A stretch of 52,962 bases of DNA, filler included, from Circinaria calcarea (lineage: Eukaryota), in the NCBI GenBank assembly GCA_051942165.1. It is 4 parts of 4 records of this genome, joined end to end, with 100 filler letters (N's around TTAATTAATTAA, not from the genome) between each part and the next. Parts side by side here need not be neighbours in the genome. Positions count along the whole stretch, not along the records: positions 13,318 to 26,469 come from JAVECS010000521.1; positions 26,570 to 39,721 come from JAVECS010000522.1; 2 more parts are not named here. One strand, 5' to 3'. The position numbers and the translations under genes were made by a program. How positions within the stretch are numbered: the stretch's first letter is position 1; each line of letters opens with the position of its first letter. Of the stretch, positions 14,726-26,983 are shown in pieces. The notes below the pieces were generated by a model. That model searched no databases. It worked only from the letters and a program-made list of their open reading frames with translations, and was not told the DNA's origin.

Positions 14726-17700
14726 GGCAGCAGGATTTGAAAACTGGGAAAGGATGATTTCAAACTTTTGTTATGAGCATGCGAAAAGTATTGCTGGATG
14801 CGACATTGCATTATGCTGTTTTTCCGGGTGCATTGGATAGTTGTTGGATGATTGCATCTGTTAACACTACATTACTTATTGCTTTTTGGTGGAGCGGGGA
14901 CCATTGGATTGTTTTGGTCGACGCTGGATTTAAGCAATCGCTGGCTGCATGGAGCATCTGCATGGCGACAAAATTTGCTACTTCTTTTTGGCATCTGCCT
15001 GGGCGACGACGCTTGGGTTTGACCAACTACCTGGAGTTTTGGGGGCCGCGGACTCTGGGACCTTTTTTGTTTTCGGGCTCAAGCTAGATTTAGGGACCAT
15101 TGAGAGAGAGAGAGTGACAGCCTTACCGCCATTACTGTTACTCCGTAGGGAAAAAAGTACATATCTAACTAACCCTGCGCTAACCCCGATCGAGGTGTAT
15201 CCTTCTATCGTTGAGTCGATGTCACTTTTGTGGCACCAAATGTATCCAGACCTACACAGTCAGCTCTATGCTCACCTAATCGAGGTGTCTTCTACCCGTG
15301 TACAGACCAGACCCATTTCGCAGTTGGGGTATTTCGGAAAGATATTGGTGGCTTGTTTCGGACTGGCGGGTTTTGCGGGTTCATGCCGTTCGCCCATTTT
15401 CGAATAGTTGTGAATCAGTAAATGTATTATGTGTTGAACGATGAGTTGTATGCTACGGGTGCTTTGAATTCGTGTCACGTCTCACAAGTCAAAAGTATAT
15501 TGAGTGGAATGATTTTATTTTCCCGATGAGGGGAAACCCGACCCACTCTAAATAATACATTTTCGCATACACGTTTTCGCATACACCTTTTCCCTCCATG
15601 GCCGAGGAAGGGAAGGCGCATAAGCCTACTTTTCCTGATTTTCTTCCCCCCTTGAGAATTGCCTGCTGTTACTTCTTCGTCTGACAAAAGGTTTTCGTTC
15701 TCTAAATCCCTGTTGATAGGGTATGTATTCCATGCAAGAACTACTGGATGGTATCAGCCAAAGTTGTATGAATCATCGTCTGTCTACTATTATCCCTCCA
15801 TCATCTCCATCTCCTTCTAGCCCTACTACATGGGTTAGAAGAGATAGTATCACAAATACCTGTACAGCCGTAACTGCCGTTAACGACCTTTCTCCAGGGG
15901 GGTTTCCCAACAGTTTGTATCCCTTTGGAAGGGTTAGTATCTAAGTCTATACCGTTACCGTTAGAGAGGGCCTTAGGTAGCACTGTAATATCAAACCCTT
16001 TACAATCTAACTATCCCCCTTTGTTCTTGCCGTTCCCTGTGCATCGTTTTTTCGTTCCAGCCATGTCTGCTGTATCACGACGCCTTCAAGCTTCTTTTCA
16101 CCCACTTTGCTTCATTGGGTCGCTGCGATGGGCTGAGCGCGGTCCCTTAGTTGAATTGGTAGGATTTCGTTTCGTTTCCATGTCTGTTCGGACGGGCTGT
16201 GAGTAGAGGGCCAGAGCATGCAGCTTATTGGCTTGGATGACTCTCCCGGCTGGAATGTTAGGGTGGTAAAATTTTTCTGCCTCCGATGGATCGTTGGAAT
16301 GCTGGATTACGACCCCTATCGAATTTGGCTGTTCGAGGCTGCAATACCGGCACGCATAAAAGTCCCGCTTATTAGTTCTTCGCCTGGTTTGAAGGAAGTC
16401 GAGAAAATGTCGAATGGCAAAGTCCCACATCAATTTCCCGACCAGATCATCCATGGTCATGATATTCTCCGGGGACGCTTGCCATATGCCGTAGCATGTC
16501 CCATTTTCCATATACGATATTTGTCCTGCTAGACTTCGGTTAAAAACCCGTTCAAATCCGGACTTTCTAAGATAAAGGTTTATTCCTTTTCTTACGACTC
16601 GTCGACTCAGCTTCCTGCAACGTAGGTTGACATGTCGACCGGATTATATTTGATTATAATCTTAGAAAAGGGGATTTGCGATGGTACAAATGGTGAAGTA
16701 GATCTGGAAGAATCTAGACTTAATCGGTACCAATTTATTCCCCGTGGAAATGTGTTCCTGCAGCCAACCGATGTTTCAAATGGCTGCTTTGTCGACTGTT
16801 GGCATGAGCACTGGGCTGACCTATTTGCTTCCTTGGCTCTTTCCCCAAATCTGCTGCTGTTCTCCGGTATATGATTTTGTGTTATTGCTTACCATACTTT
16901 CTTTCGGAGTCTGGCTCGGTCCCCTAAGCCTGACGTGATAGGGTGCGACAGGGACAGTCAGGCTGAGACGTTGTTTGTCAGAGGTCAGGTTTTAGACACT
17001 ATCTTTAATCACTGTACGCCTTCGTATTGAGCATCTATTCACCAGCAAGCTCAGCAAAGAGTATCACTTCGCCATGTCCAATGAGGTCTCTCGGTGGCCA
17101 CGAAGGTTTTATATCCGCCTTCAAGTCTTGCCTTAAAATTGTCTCTTAGAATCTTACAAGCCTTCTTCAAACCATGTTTCGAGCCTGGGTACCCTCGACC
17201 CTTCTACGCTGCACGACCAGCTACCACGGTTGGGTATCTTGCGCCTTTTGTTTTTCGACGCCCTTTTTTCTGACATGCTTCCAGACGTACGAAATATATC
17301 ATCCTGATCATTGACGTAAATCATCCTCCTTCTAGACATATAATTCAAATCAGCAGCCAGATTAGCCGCTGAATGTATTCGTAGTATGGGACTCCTAAGC
17401 TTCCATACGGAAAATATGACTTAAAGTCGAGCCCGGCGTATTATTCCAATCAACGTTATCGCCCAACTCCTTCACCTGGCTCTTTCCAGGTAAAGTAATC
17501 CATGTTGGCTATAGTTAAGCCACTCAATGCCATGATAGCTCGTTAACTATCGTGCTTCCAGTTTAATTCTATTTTAGATTATCACTAAAGCAGGTCCATT
17601 CCCAGCGGACGCTGATTAAGACCAGAAAGGACTTATATCTACTTGATTCTATGGAAGTAGATGGGCGCCCTTAAAAGACATATAGTGTAGGTTAGTCTCC

Positions 17701-18268
17701 TTTAATAGGATTCAGAGAGCTACCCTTATAATACTCTCAGCCATCGGAGCTATACTAGCCAGATACCGCGACACTTTATCCACTATATATAAAAGGGCTA
17801 TGGAACTCTGCAGTTCAATACATTATATTCCAAGTATCCTATACTAATTAATCGGCCACCTAGTCGTCATCGAATATGGCCCCGCAATCCTTGTTCCAAA
17901 ATGTCCCAGGCCGCAGCTAGGCGTTTTCACAACGTGCATGTAAGGCCAGTCAGATTTTCCTGATCCACCCCTCCAGAAATCACCTGAATTATTGGTGGTA
18001 GAGATGGTATTCCGATAAATATGTCCAGTAAACGGCACTGCCACTTCTGTGGCTATCTCAACATCTAACCATCCCTGTTTCAGAATTTCGTCGTAAGCAC
18101 TACCTAGTACCCGAGTGGTTCGGGAGATGGTACCATCGAATTCTTTAAACTTAGGTCATCTAGCTCGTATGTTATCGAAATGGTTTATGGAGTTCTGGAG
18201 CGACTTTCTAGATCCCTTGATTTAAACTGTTCGCTCGTAGTCCCATTCCATGGCTTCCGAGCTTCCTG

Positions 18269-19000
18269 TCATTGGAAAGTTGCAAGCATAGCATGGAGTG
18301 TGCTCCCAAGATCTCCTCTACTTGGGTGACTCCAATGTGCCGCGAAAACTGGCAGTGGTGACTTGGCGGAACGTCTGTACCATTGAATATATATCGCTGG
18401 CGGCATTACTAAAATTCGAGAAAAATAGTAGCGTTCAACTACTCGCTTAAGAGCGCTTGTTTTTGCGATTTTGGTCATTTCGGCGGTCCCATATTTCGGA
18501 ATTCTTTCAGCTGCGCCGCTATGTCTCTGAATACCGACAACTACTTGTGCTAGCGTGAGCGGTTGTTTGAGGTTGTCGTTCTCCTCACACGCAACCGAAG
18601 CCATGGAGTGCGAGTAGGACACTAAACGGATAAGTTTATATCGGGCCGAAAATAAGCGTAAAGTGCCCAGTACTCTAGGTTTTGCCGAATTATTTATTGT
18701 GTTAATGGTAGAACATTGTCCTGAGCCACCTTTTATTTGGGACGCCATTTTTGCCTTGCTGGTCGTGGAAATACAAGTTAAATTCTTCTTGGATTAGCTC
18801 TCCGACACCCTGCTCATGTGAGTTGTTTACCACCATTCCGTTTTGATAGCCACCGGAAAATCGCTCCAGCGATTAGTATGATTCCCAGTCTCGTACCAGG
18901 TGGTCCAGGTACCGGTACTTACTTTTCGGCTCGGAATTATCCATCGGAATTATACCAAGTTTACCTGTATGATGTTGATCCCGATGTTACGTTCGTTGGC
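18269..19000 (-). pseudogene. Degenerate remnant of an uncharacterised fungal (putatively 2OG/Fe dioxygenase-like) protein family
   Basis: Stitching three frames gives GVGELIQEEFNLYFHDQQGKNGVPNKRWLRTMFYH (18809-18705) / LTQ*IIRQNLEYWALYAYFRPD (to ~18640) / YKLIRLVSYSHS ... VVGIQRH. This resembles a recalled ascomycete motif series EF.MY.HH...NG..N.GWLRNM..SL.QQ..RQDP.YY.LY...RPD...LVSYPYY ... FVGIQ. Family identity is from memory, not a search. Confidence 0.5.
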
Positions 19001-21482
19001 CTTCTTATTAGGATCGATATCTGCCCCCTTCCTCATTTTTTTTGCAATGTCTGTCTTTGCTTCTAAAGGTGCAAATAATGCCGCCTTATGTCTTTCTTCT
19101 CCGTATATCTAGCCCCGCGATGTTTTGTCATCCTTTATCCCTGAGTGCAAGATGAACCCAACTTCTTATAATCTGCAGGGTTGGGAGCTTTAGTTTGCTC
19201 CTTGGTATTTCTGCGTCATTCGCTTCAAGTTCAAATCTTATCAACTTGCATCCTTTCAAAGCGGCCTCTGTCGACTTTTAGGTAGGCGCCCCCGTTGTAT
19301 TCCCTGTGTTATTCCTCAAGGATTGATGGTGACCTTCACCTCATCAAATTCGGAAGAGATTGTGGCCTAGTTAGGTCCTTCCAGCTGGAGAGTTCATGAA
19401 TTCATTGTAGGACTCTGGTGTTGATGTTGGCGAAGTGTCCCTAACTCTAAAATAGCCGAGGTTCTTCTATCTTAGGTTTTGAAAAAACGGGCGTAAGTTC
19501 TTATTAATGAGTTTGCTGATTTAGCCTTTTCTTAAGGGCTGCACCACGACTTTTCACTCCAGCGTCCGCTTCCAGCGCTATTCGATTCCATTCCTATAGC
19601 ATGCTATAACGGCTGTTGGAGAATTAATAAATTCTTTCCTCCATCATGGGTTCATCATTATTCTTACGTTTCGGTTTAGCAAATTGCAACCTCTCCGTCC
19701 AGCGCCACCCCTTCATCCAGCCAGGCCACCATATCGGAGAGTATCAAGGGACCATAGATAACACAAGCGTAGCTCGTGGCCGCGCTGAACTAACGTGTCA
19801 AATACCTAGCGTAATCCTGGGTACTGAGCTTTCCGTGGTGATCTGCCTGGGGGCATTCGGTGAGTTAATTTGCGGAAGGATTCGCGAAACATCACCACTG
19901 GGTCTATATAAGCACTGGCTGCCATTCTTTTTGCATTGAGCACTCTTTGGGTATTAGCAAAGGACTCCTTGTCCCAAATAGCTCGTGACGCTTGCTCCTT
20001 GTCCTCGGAGGGATCAGTGGCTTCACTGCCGGGCATATCTGTGTGTACATGGTCATTCCGTTGATGACCTTATGGTTCCACTATACCTGTCTGCTCTTAG
20101 TAACAAAAGCTTCTCAGCCTTGATATACGCTTAGGCCGTCGAGCCTATTGGCTACCATTGAGTCCTTGCTCCGATGGCGTATATATTTTACCTCTGAGGG
20201 TATAGTTTTGTTTATGGGATAAAACACTCAGATACGTTTCTGAGGCTCTATTCATGTAAGTAACCCTTTTTTTCTGGTTCGTTCCCTCATTTCCAATTTT
20301 GCCATTAGAGGGACAATAGGAACAGGGTTTGAATCGCCTAATTAATCAATTCTGGTTTGCCTAGCGCAGCTGTAGTCTACGAGTATGTCACTCCTGGGGT
20401 ATCAAACGCTGGATGGGTAACAGACCTTGCCAAACCCTGTCTGATCTGACAGGAAATCCCCTCTGCGGAGACTTCCGTTCTGATATAGCTTGATGTTAAG
20501 GTTTTTCAGATAAGTATGGAAGATCCACCTCCTTCGTCGGTAGCTTTAGCTAATCAACTTTTGCTATCCCTCTATCTCGTTACCAGGGCTTTCCGTGGGG
20601 CAAGCATCTTATTGGAAGGATAGGAAGATTAGGTGTTGAGTACAGATCTAACCATGTCAGCGGTAAACTCCCCCCAATAAATGGTTAATACTCTGCGTTC
20701 ATGTAATTAATGGTCCAACGCAAGGCTTTTCAATGACCCTCCTCTGCACCCATACCGTATACTGTCTTGTACATGTGCTCAGGCTTCTACCTCTTAACAT
20801 TTCCACGCCTTTTGATTACAAACTGTGATATCCCTCGACCTTTACCGTTATTAAGGCCATCGAGTACCTTGTTGCTAATTGTAAGCTGAGAAATAGAAAG
20901 CACAGTCCATATCGATTTCACACAGAATGCGGTGAATAATAGAAAAGACAAACCGAAACATGATATATCATCACCGACGCCGCTCAATGAATTTCGAGTC
21001 GAACGATCCAAGCACAGCTCTTCTCGGGACGATATCGGCCTTGACTTCCCCAATAATCACTCCCCGCCCGAACCCTGCTTTTCTTAGAAATACCGCCGCT
21101 TCGAGGCCCACTTCAGCGCCATCATCAAACACGGCTTCTAGTCTTGCATCTATACACCGTCCGGAACGGAATTCATGCGGCCCCCAATCAACAAGCTCCT
21201 TTTCTCGCTTCATAGCCTAGCGATAGCCCATCTCCGTACCCTTCTGGCTTTATTACCGAGAATGCGCCCTGTTGTGCCGAGACATGGGTTTAGCGGCTTT
21301 CTTTAAGCCTGCTTCAAATTTTGTAAGATCGAAAGCCAATTAACCGTGCGTCGTCTTTATACATCTTGCCAGGCCGCCAGAACTCGGGCGTAAGCGTCTC
21401 ATATTAATTCAACTGCAGGCCGCAGACACCATCCATAGTCAACTATCTCTCAGGTAAATACCGTCCTCGAGACCGCAAGGCA

Positions 21483-22000
21483 CTACTTCTCCTTCGTCAC
21501 ACCATGGCCCAGAGCTCGATAGATGTCCCGCAAGGCGAAGGCGATAGTGGTGACATCACGGGGGAGGTTTTCTAATTCCTCCGGGGCCGGGTCCCTCCTC
21601 GCCATACGGTCAATGTGTTGAGTTAGGAACTTAAGAGTAGATTCTATTGACGTGTCGATCGTCGCTACATCGAGGGCGGTAGGCGGCGGAGAGACAGGGG
21701 CCGGGGCTGTAGGTGGCGGCACAAGTACTGTGAGATCTATAGTATCAACTAATAAGATCGATTCGAAATAGTAGAAAACCTTACGGAGGGCCCCGAGGCA
21801 CGGGCTACCATGACGTGTGCATTCAGCACACTTCGCCAACACTGGTGAAAAATAACACCCTCGGAACGTATGCTCTCCGCGGTCACTTCTACACCTAGCG
21901 TAAAGACGCGACGCCAGAGTACCACGCTCCACATAAAGGACCGCTTGGCGGTATTATTCTCGGCGATCTAATGCGTTCAGAATTTTATTAACGACATAAG
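21483..22000 (-). pseudogene. DUF3716-like Cys-cluster protein, probably inactivated
   Basis: NALDRRE*YRQAVLYVERGTLASRLYARCRSDRGEHTFRGCYFSPVLAKCAECTRHGSPC fits an RG-x-CxxC-x-F-x-C-x-CAxC-x-C pattern, with an in-frame TAA upstream and a Tyr (TAC) where a Cys (TGC) is expected. Likely intron GTAAGG...TATAG at ~21784-21737. Confidence 0.45.
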
Positions 22001-22249
22001 GTTATCGGTAAGAGAGCGCCGCGAGCTGCACTTCCTTAGATATTAGCCGTCACGGAGCCCCTTGCCGGGTGACGAAAGCTGGAAAGGCCGCCACGGATTC
22101 CCGTTAATAAATTGATGACCCAGGTGATTTATATTTCACTAGGCCACACATATATATTAGCCAGAATTCCTATCAATCCAGAGGATGAACGCCTCTTTTA
22201 TATGTTATATACTGCAAGCATTGACTCGATTACACGCGAAAGCATGTTC

Positions 22250-23150
22250 AGTGTAAACCATCTAGGTAGAAAGCGTCACTGTTTGGAAAGAGAAAATGTG
22301 AAACAGCCCCTTATTCGTGAAATCATTATATTACTCGTGAAGGATCCGTACACGAATTGCTTTAATGTAAAAATTCTTTGACTATTTGGTGGCCCGAAAT
22401 GAAATAACCCGGTCAATGCCCCAAGTTGGTGGGCAACTTAATATCGTCGGTAGCTTTAAAAATTAGCAAGTTAATATATTAAACGAATTAATAAGAAATT
22501 ACTTACCAAAGATCTAGTGCCCATAAGTCCGAGAGGATTATCGAAAATACTATAAAGAACCCGTCGTACAGGTGGTGAGCTTTAACAAGGGCTTATTTCC
22601 TTTTGCACATCTCGAGATTTCCTCTTGTTAATGAACCCAAGGTTTCTTGGTCCCAAAGCCCCTGATGCTTATGATCTTATCTGAACGGGTAAAAATTGGT
22701 TGAAGGCCTTATCAATAATATAGTAACCTTTCGGCTCCACACTTTAATTAGGATTAAAGAGCGTAGAAATCGCTTGACTCGAATCAATCTCTGCTCGGCC
22801 ATAATCATTATAGCGTTTCTCTGTTGGTAACATGTTTTGCGCATCTCTGAAACAACTGCGGCTTGAACGCATTCTTCGTGTAAGTAGTCACTTACTTTGA
22901 GGGCTAATCTTTGAACACTACTCCGCCAAAGCCCAATTTGTAAGGTAAATTTTATCAATATCTTAATGGTTGTCCCCGTAGAGGCGTTTCCTGTTAAAGT
23001 GTGTTTCGTAATTATCGAAGAGAATATCCAATCCAATCGTTTTTCCTCGCCCCGTGGTATCGGTTATCTCAACAAGCAATCAATAATAGTTGTCTCCCCG
23101 TCGCAAAGCTCTTGATAATTAATCATCAACCGTCTTTTCAAGCGTGCGGC
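22250..23150 (-). pseudogene. Unidentified gene relic containing an intact-looking intron
   Basis: Minus strand has GTAAGT...GCTAAT...AAAG at ~22505-22453. An upstream frame reads LDILFDNYETHFNRKRLYGDNH*DIDKIYLTNWALAE*CSKISPQSK*LL...YNDYGRAEIDSSQAISTLFNPN*, with stops at Q/R-compatible codons. Confidence 0.35.
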
Positions 23151-26100
23151 TAGGGGCGGCTGGTGAGCATAGCTACCCGATGCACTTCTTTCCTAACCGT
23201 TCTAGTAATTATTACGTTATGAGGTTTTTCGGATAAGCAATGACATTGGAGGAGAAGTTGATTGGAGCGTGAATGGTATAAGATCAAATAGTCAAGATAA
23301 AAGGAAGAGGAGGGTACGGTCGAGCAGAAATCACACTCGCTCAGCAACGTCTTCAAGGGGAAGACTAGGCCCCTACCATCCGGCTTCCTTCCATTGTCAT
23401 ATACGTCACTCTTAGAAACCCTCGGACGATACTTCACATCTTTCCCTCAAGCCGCCAATGGGTGACTCCGTTAGATGCAGACTAGTTCCACTCCGCAAGT
23501 CCGTATGAGGCAGCGTGTTTACAATCACTAGCTGTTGAGCAGATGTGATAGCGTTAGCAACATCCTCCGGTTCAGAACCATCCTCCTCATTTCCGATCGA
23601 GAGTAATACTATCTTCCGGACTCTATTCTGTTCTTGTTGTATATTCGTGTCCCCTAGATTTTGGTATTAATAGAAGGGGCGTATGGGAATTGAAGAGTAG
23701 CATCTGTGAGTACGACAGAGATATCTCTACCGATAACTTCGTGGGAGTGACTTCATCCCCCTAAAATACACACTCGAGCAACTGAATCAACGTAAAAGAG
23801 TGTATATTCGAGGTGTTATGTGGGTGACTGCTATCCTCAAGCAGCAGGTACATAAAGCCTGACAAAAGGCCATGGTATTCGCGGATATGCTTGAATCCGT
23901 TTTTGCTGGTTCTCTCAGAGCCTGTGCTTACAACTGGTATCAGGTACCTGTGGGAAACGTATAAGGTTTCGCTACCGTCAATATTATCCCCGGAGCTGGG
24001 GTAGTAGTAGTAGATGGGTCCCGCACTTAGGTTCATGAATCCTTTTTTTGGTTTTTGTTTTTTTGTTGCTAGAGTGACAGAAGACGACGTGGATACCCAA
24101 TGATCATTCGGGTACTCTGAGATGATTGCTCCTTATGAACCGAGAGCAAACGACCGTAAAGGGGGTGTGTACTCTATGTGCAAATCCCCGATCGTTTATC
24201 ATATATACATGAATGGAAAAGAGAAAGGTAGTCCATTGCAGGTGCGGAAGGCGGGTTAGGAGAGGATGGTTTAGCGTCTGTGAGATGACAATCGAATACG
24301 CTCTAAGATGACTAGCTGCCAATGAATCCGAGACGCTATTGCAGGATATAAGCAGAGTTGTAGGATAAGGGTGGAAAGGCTAGGATTAAGGCCCCGGCTT
24401 GAAGGGTAGGCCTAGAAACGAGAGTCTTGAGGCCAGCAAGCGCAAGTTTGGGCAGGACAAGACGCCGATGCCTAATTATCAACTGAGATCAAGGCCACGG
24501 TGGCGACGGGTAGGAGAATATAGGATTGCGAGTTCAGGTTGTCTGATGTGTCTGGCTGCATCGAAATGTATATGGTGAGACGACTTGGATTGTATCTCCG
24601 CTACTAAACACCCCCAGGATATTTTTGACCAGTTGGAGCGTATCGAGCTGTCAAGGTGAATTAATCCAAAGGAATAATCACCTTTTAATGGTAGATGGAC
24701 GGGTACAGCACAGCCATAGTCCCATGTTCTAAATCTCCGATTGATATGCTGGATGGACCCACTAGAGAGAGAGGCAAAGCGACCAAGAACACTATCGATA
24801 TTAGCATCTGTGACGCTGGATGACCCTTAATATATTACTTGCCAACTACAACTTAAAGGATATCGAAATAAGTTGCATCTTATTGGCCAAACCTGTCTTG
24901 CGTGATGTTGTTGATTCTGATACCTGACCACTTCTCCCTGCAACGACATGCGCTCGCCCGCTTCGAATGCAGGTTTTGCGTAGACAAGACTGGTTGTGCA
25001 TGGGATTTGCGTTGTTTGCTGGGGTAGTACTGTTTTGGTTTCGGAACATCGCCTTGGGTGGTCGAATAGTGAGAAGCATGTGGCTGCAAATCCCGGTCTT
25101 GGGCCTGTGCCACAAACCATGCCTACGCTTCGTTTCAGTAGGAGGGGAAACCCACGAACGTTTCTTTTTATGCACTTGCCACCATCGTTATGCAAGGAAC
25201 AGATAAGGGTTGAAATGATAGACCTATGCAAATCGGAGAGTTGGCTATAAGGTTGCATTTCAGGGAGTTGTGATATGTTAATGTGTGGAACTGCTTGGAG
25301 TTTCCCTTCCTGCGTTTGACGCTTGACATGGGTGCAACCCGGTCTGCTGAAGAGAGAGGTAATTTGTTGCGGACAGCCAGTGATTCATATCTTTCGGGAA
25401 TAGTGGTGGCATCCAGCCGACCATTGTCATCTATGAGGATTAGTTTCCATTAGCGCAAATTCATTCCCTATTAGCTTCAAATGAGTGCAGTGATCATATC
25501 TACTGTTTCCTAGACGTAGATCGGCCTCCTTGGGACTGAGCGCCAAAGCTCTGTTCCTGTAGAAGGAATGTATGTAGAGACGGTCATCCGTCCAGCTCTA
25601 GGTTGACATGAAGGGTTCACACGCGAAGGCGGCATTTTGCTGAATACTAAAACCGTAGAGAACTCTGGTCCGCAGGTCCGACCATTCGGCGTTGCCAGAA
25701 AACAAACACTGCGCAAAAGGCACAGACAGATCAGGCGCCTAAGTGATGTCCAGGCGACGTGGTCAAAGCGCAAGATATGTGGCAACAGACAGTGCAAATA
25801 GACTATGTAGTAGCATAAAGCGAAGAAGAATGTATATTCTAAAAGTCAGATGCATTGCAATTCCACTACCTAGCTTCGTAGGAGCTGTGTGTAAATGCTA
25901 TTGGTGCTGATAAAGACAAGCAGTCGATAAGACTGAACAGAGATTATACAATCACGAAGAAAATCGTCATCCTAGTCTCATTATAGAAATATCCCCAGGT
26001 AATATCGCATCCAGAGGTTCCCTCATCCCTCATGCAATGCAAAATTTAGAAGGTGATGCATATAACATGCCTTAAGATACAGAAGCCACATTGAATGAAG

Positions 26101-26469
26101 TATCGCAGAGGTGAAGTAACAACGCATTCCGCTCTCAGGCATCACCCAGTTCTCTGGGATTGTGCTTTTGTCGTCCATCCTAGGTCGATCCCGCACCTCA
26201 TATATTTTGAATGACCCATTTATGGAAACATGGCTTTCTGTAAGATCATCTCTTTCTGGAACCGCTCTTCACCATACCAACATGATCATTAAATCCACTG
26301 GGGTATCCGCTCTTTAGGTAATTGATTTCCATGCACCAAAACATCAAATCTTTCGCAATGACCTGTAATCAGAGTCACCGGTGTCTAGCATTTGAATATA
26401 AGATGGCAGTTTCTCCGCCAAAATGTGGTCCTGATTCCTCCTCCTGCACTTTTGCTAGTTGGCCCGGTT

Positions 26470-26569
26470 NNNNNNNNNNNNNNNNNNNNNNNNNNNNNNN
26501 NNNNNNNNNNNNNTTAATTAATTAANNNNNNNNNNNNNNNNNNNNNNNNNNNNNNNNNNNNNNNNNNNN
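26470..26569. other. Artificial assembly spacer (N44-TTAATTAATTAA-N44)
   Basis: Same 100-nt linker. Confidence 0.98.
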
Positions 26570-26983
26570 AAATAATAATAATCAATAAATCCCCCCCCAA
26601 AAAAAAGAACCTGTGATAATATTCATCATCCGTCGTTCCGCAAGTCCGGGTTTTCCCGGGAACTTTTCTTTCTCGACTAGATTAAGAAATCACATCGTAG
26701 CGTCCGCTCATGGACTCAAGCTGCATAACCCTGCTGGAATTCCTACCGACATTAAATCGCTACTCAGGCTTTGTTCTAGCTGCTAGCTACATCTACCCCA
26801 TCATGGTATACAAAATCCCCCGTCCCTTCTCCCTTCTCCCCTTTCCCGTCCATAACCACACCTACCAGCAACGCATGCCCTCATTTTCGCAATCCATTCG
26901 GTCACTCGCATGCATCCACATCATATAGAGAGCAAACCAGCAAAACAGTCCTACATCGCCCACTCACCTTCCCGCCTTAAAAT

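Larger units (their letters stand above)
15100..24080 (-). mobile_element. Probable decayed multi-gene element / RIP-like relic region (boundaries uncertain)
   Basis: About 9 kb with no intact gene in an otherwise gene-dense genome. Several minus-strand frames read as protein when TAA/TAG/TGA are reverted to CAA/CAG/CGA. No transposase, recombinase, LTR or TIR recognised, so mobility is inferred only. Confidence 0.4.

Noticed and set aside
15166..15187. CTAACTAACCCTGCGCTAACCCC telomere-like motif
   Set aside because: Only two separated TAACCC units, too short to call an interstitial telomere.
16098..17348. Two minus-strand ORFs in the same frame as one decayed long gene
   Set aside because: About ten stops lie between them, close to random expectation, and no motif was recognised. 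Kept only as part of the general relic region.
14800..26469. Starship, LTR retrotransposon or MAT locus as the identity of the gene-poor region
   Set aside because: No DUF3435 tyrosine recombinase, RT/integrase, LTR pair, HMG/alpha box or APN2/SLA2 flanks were recognisable.
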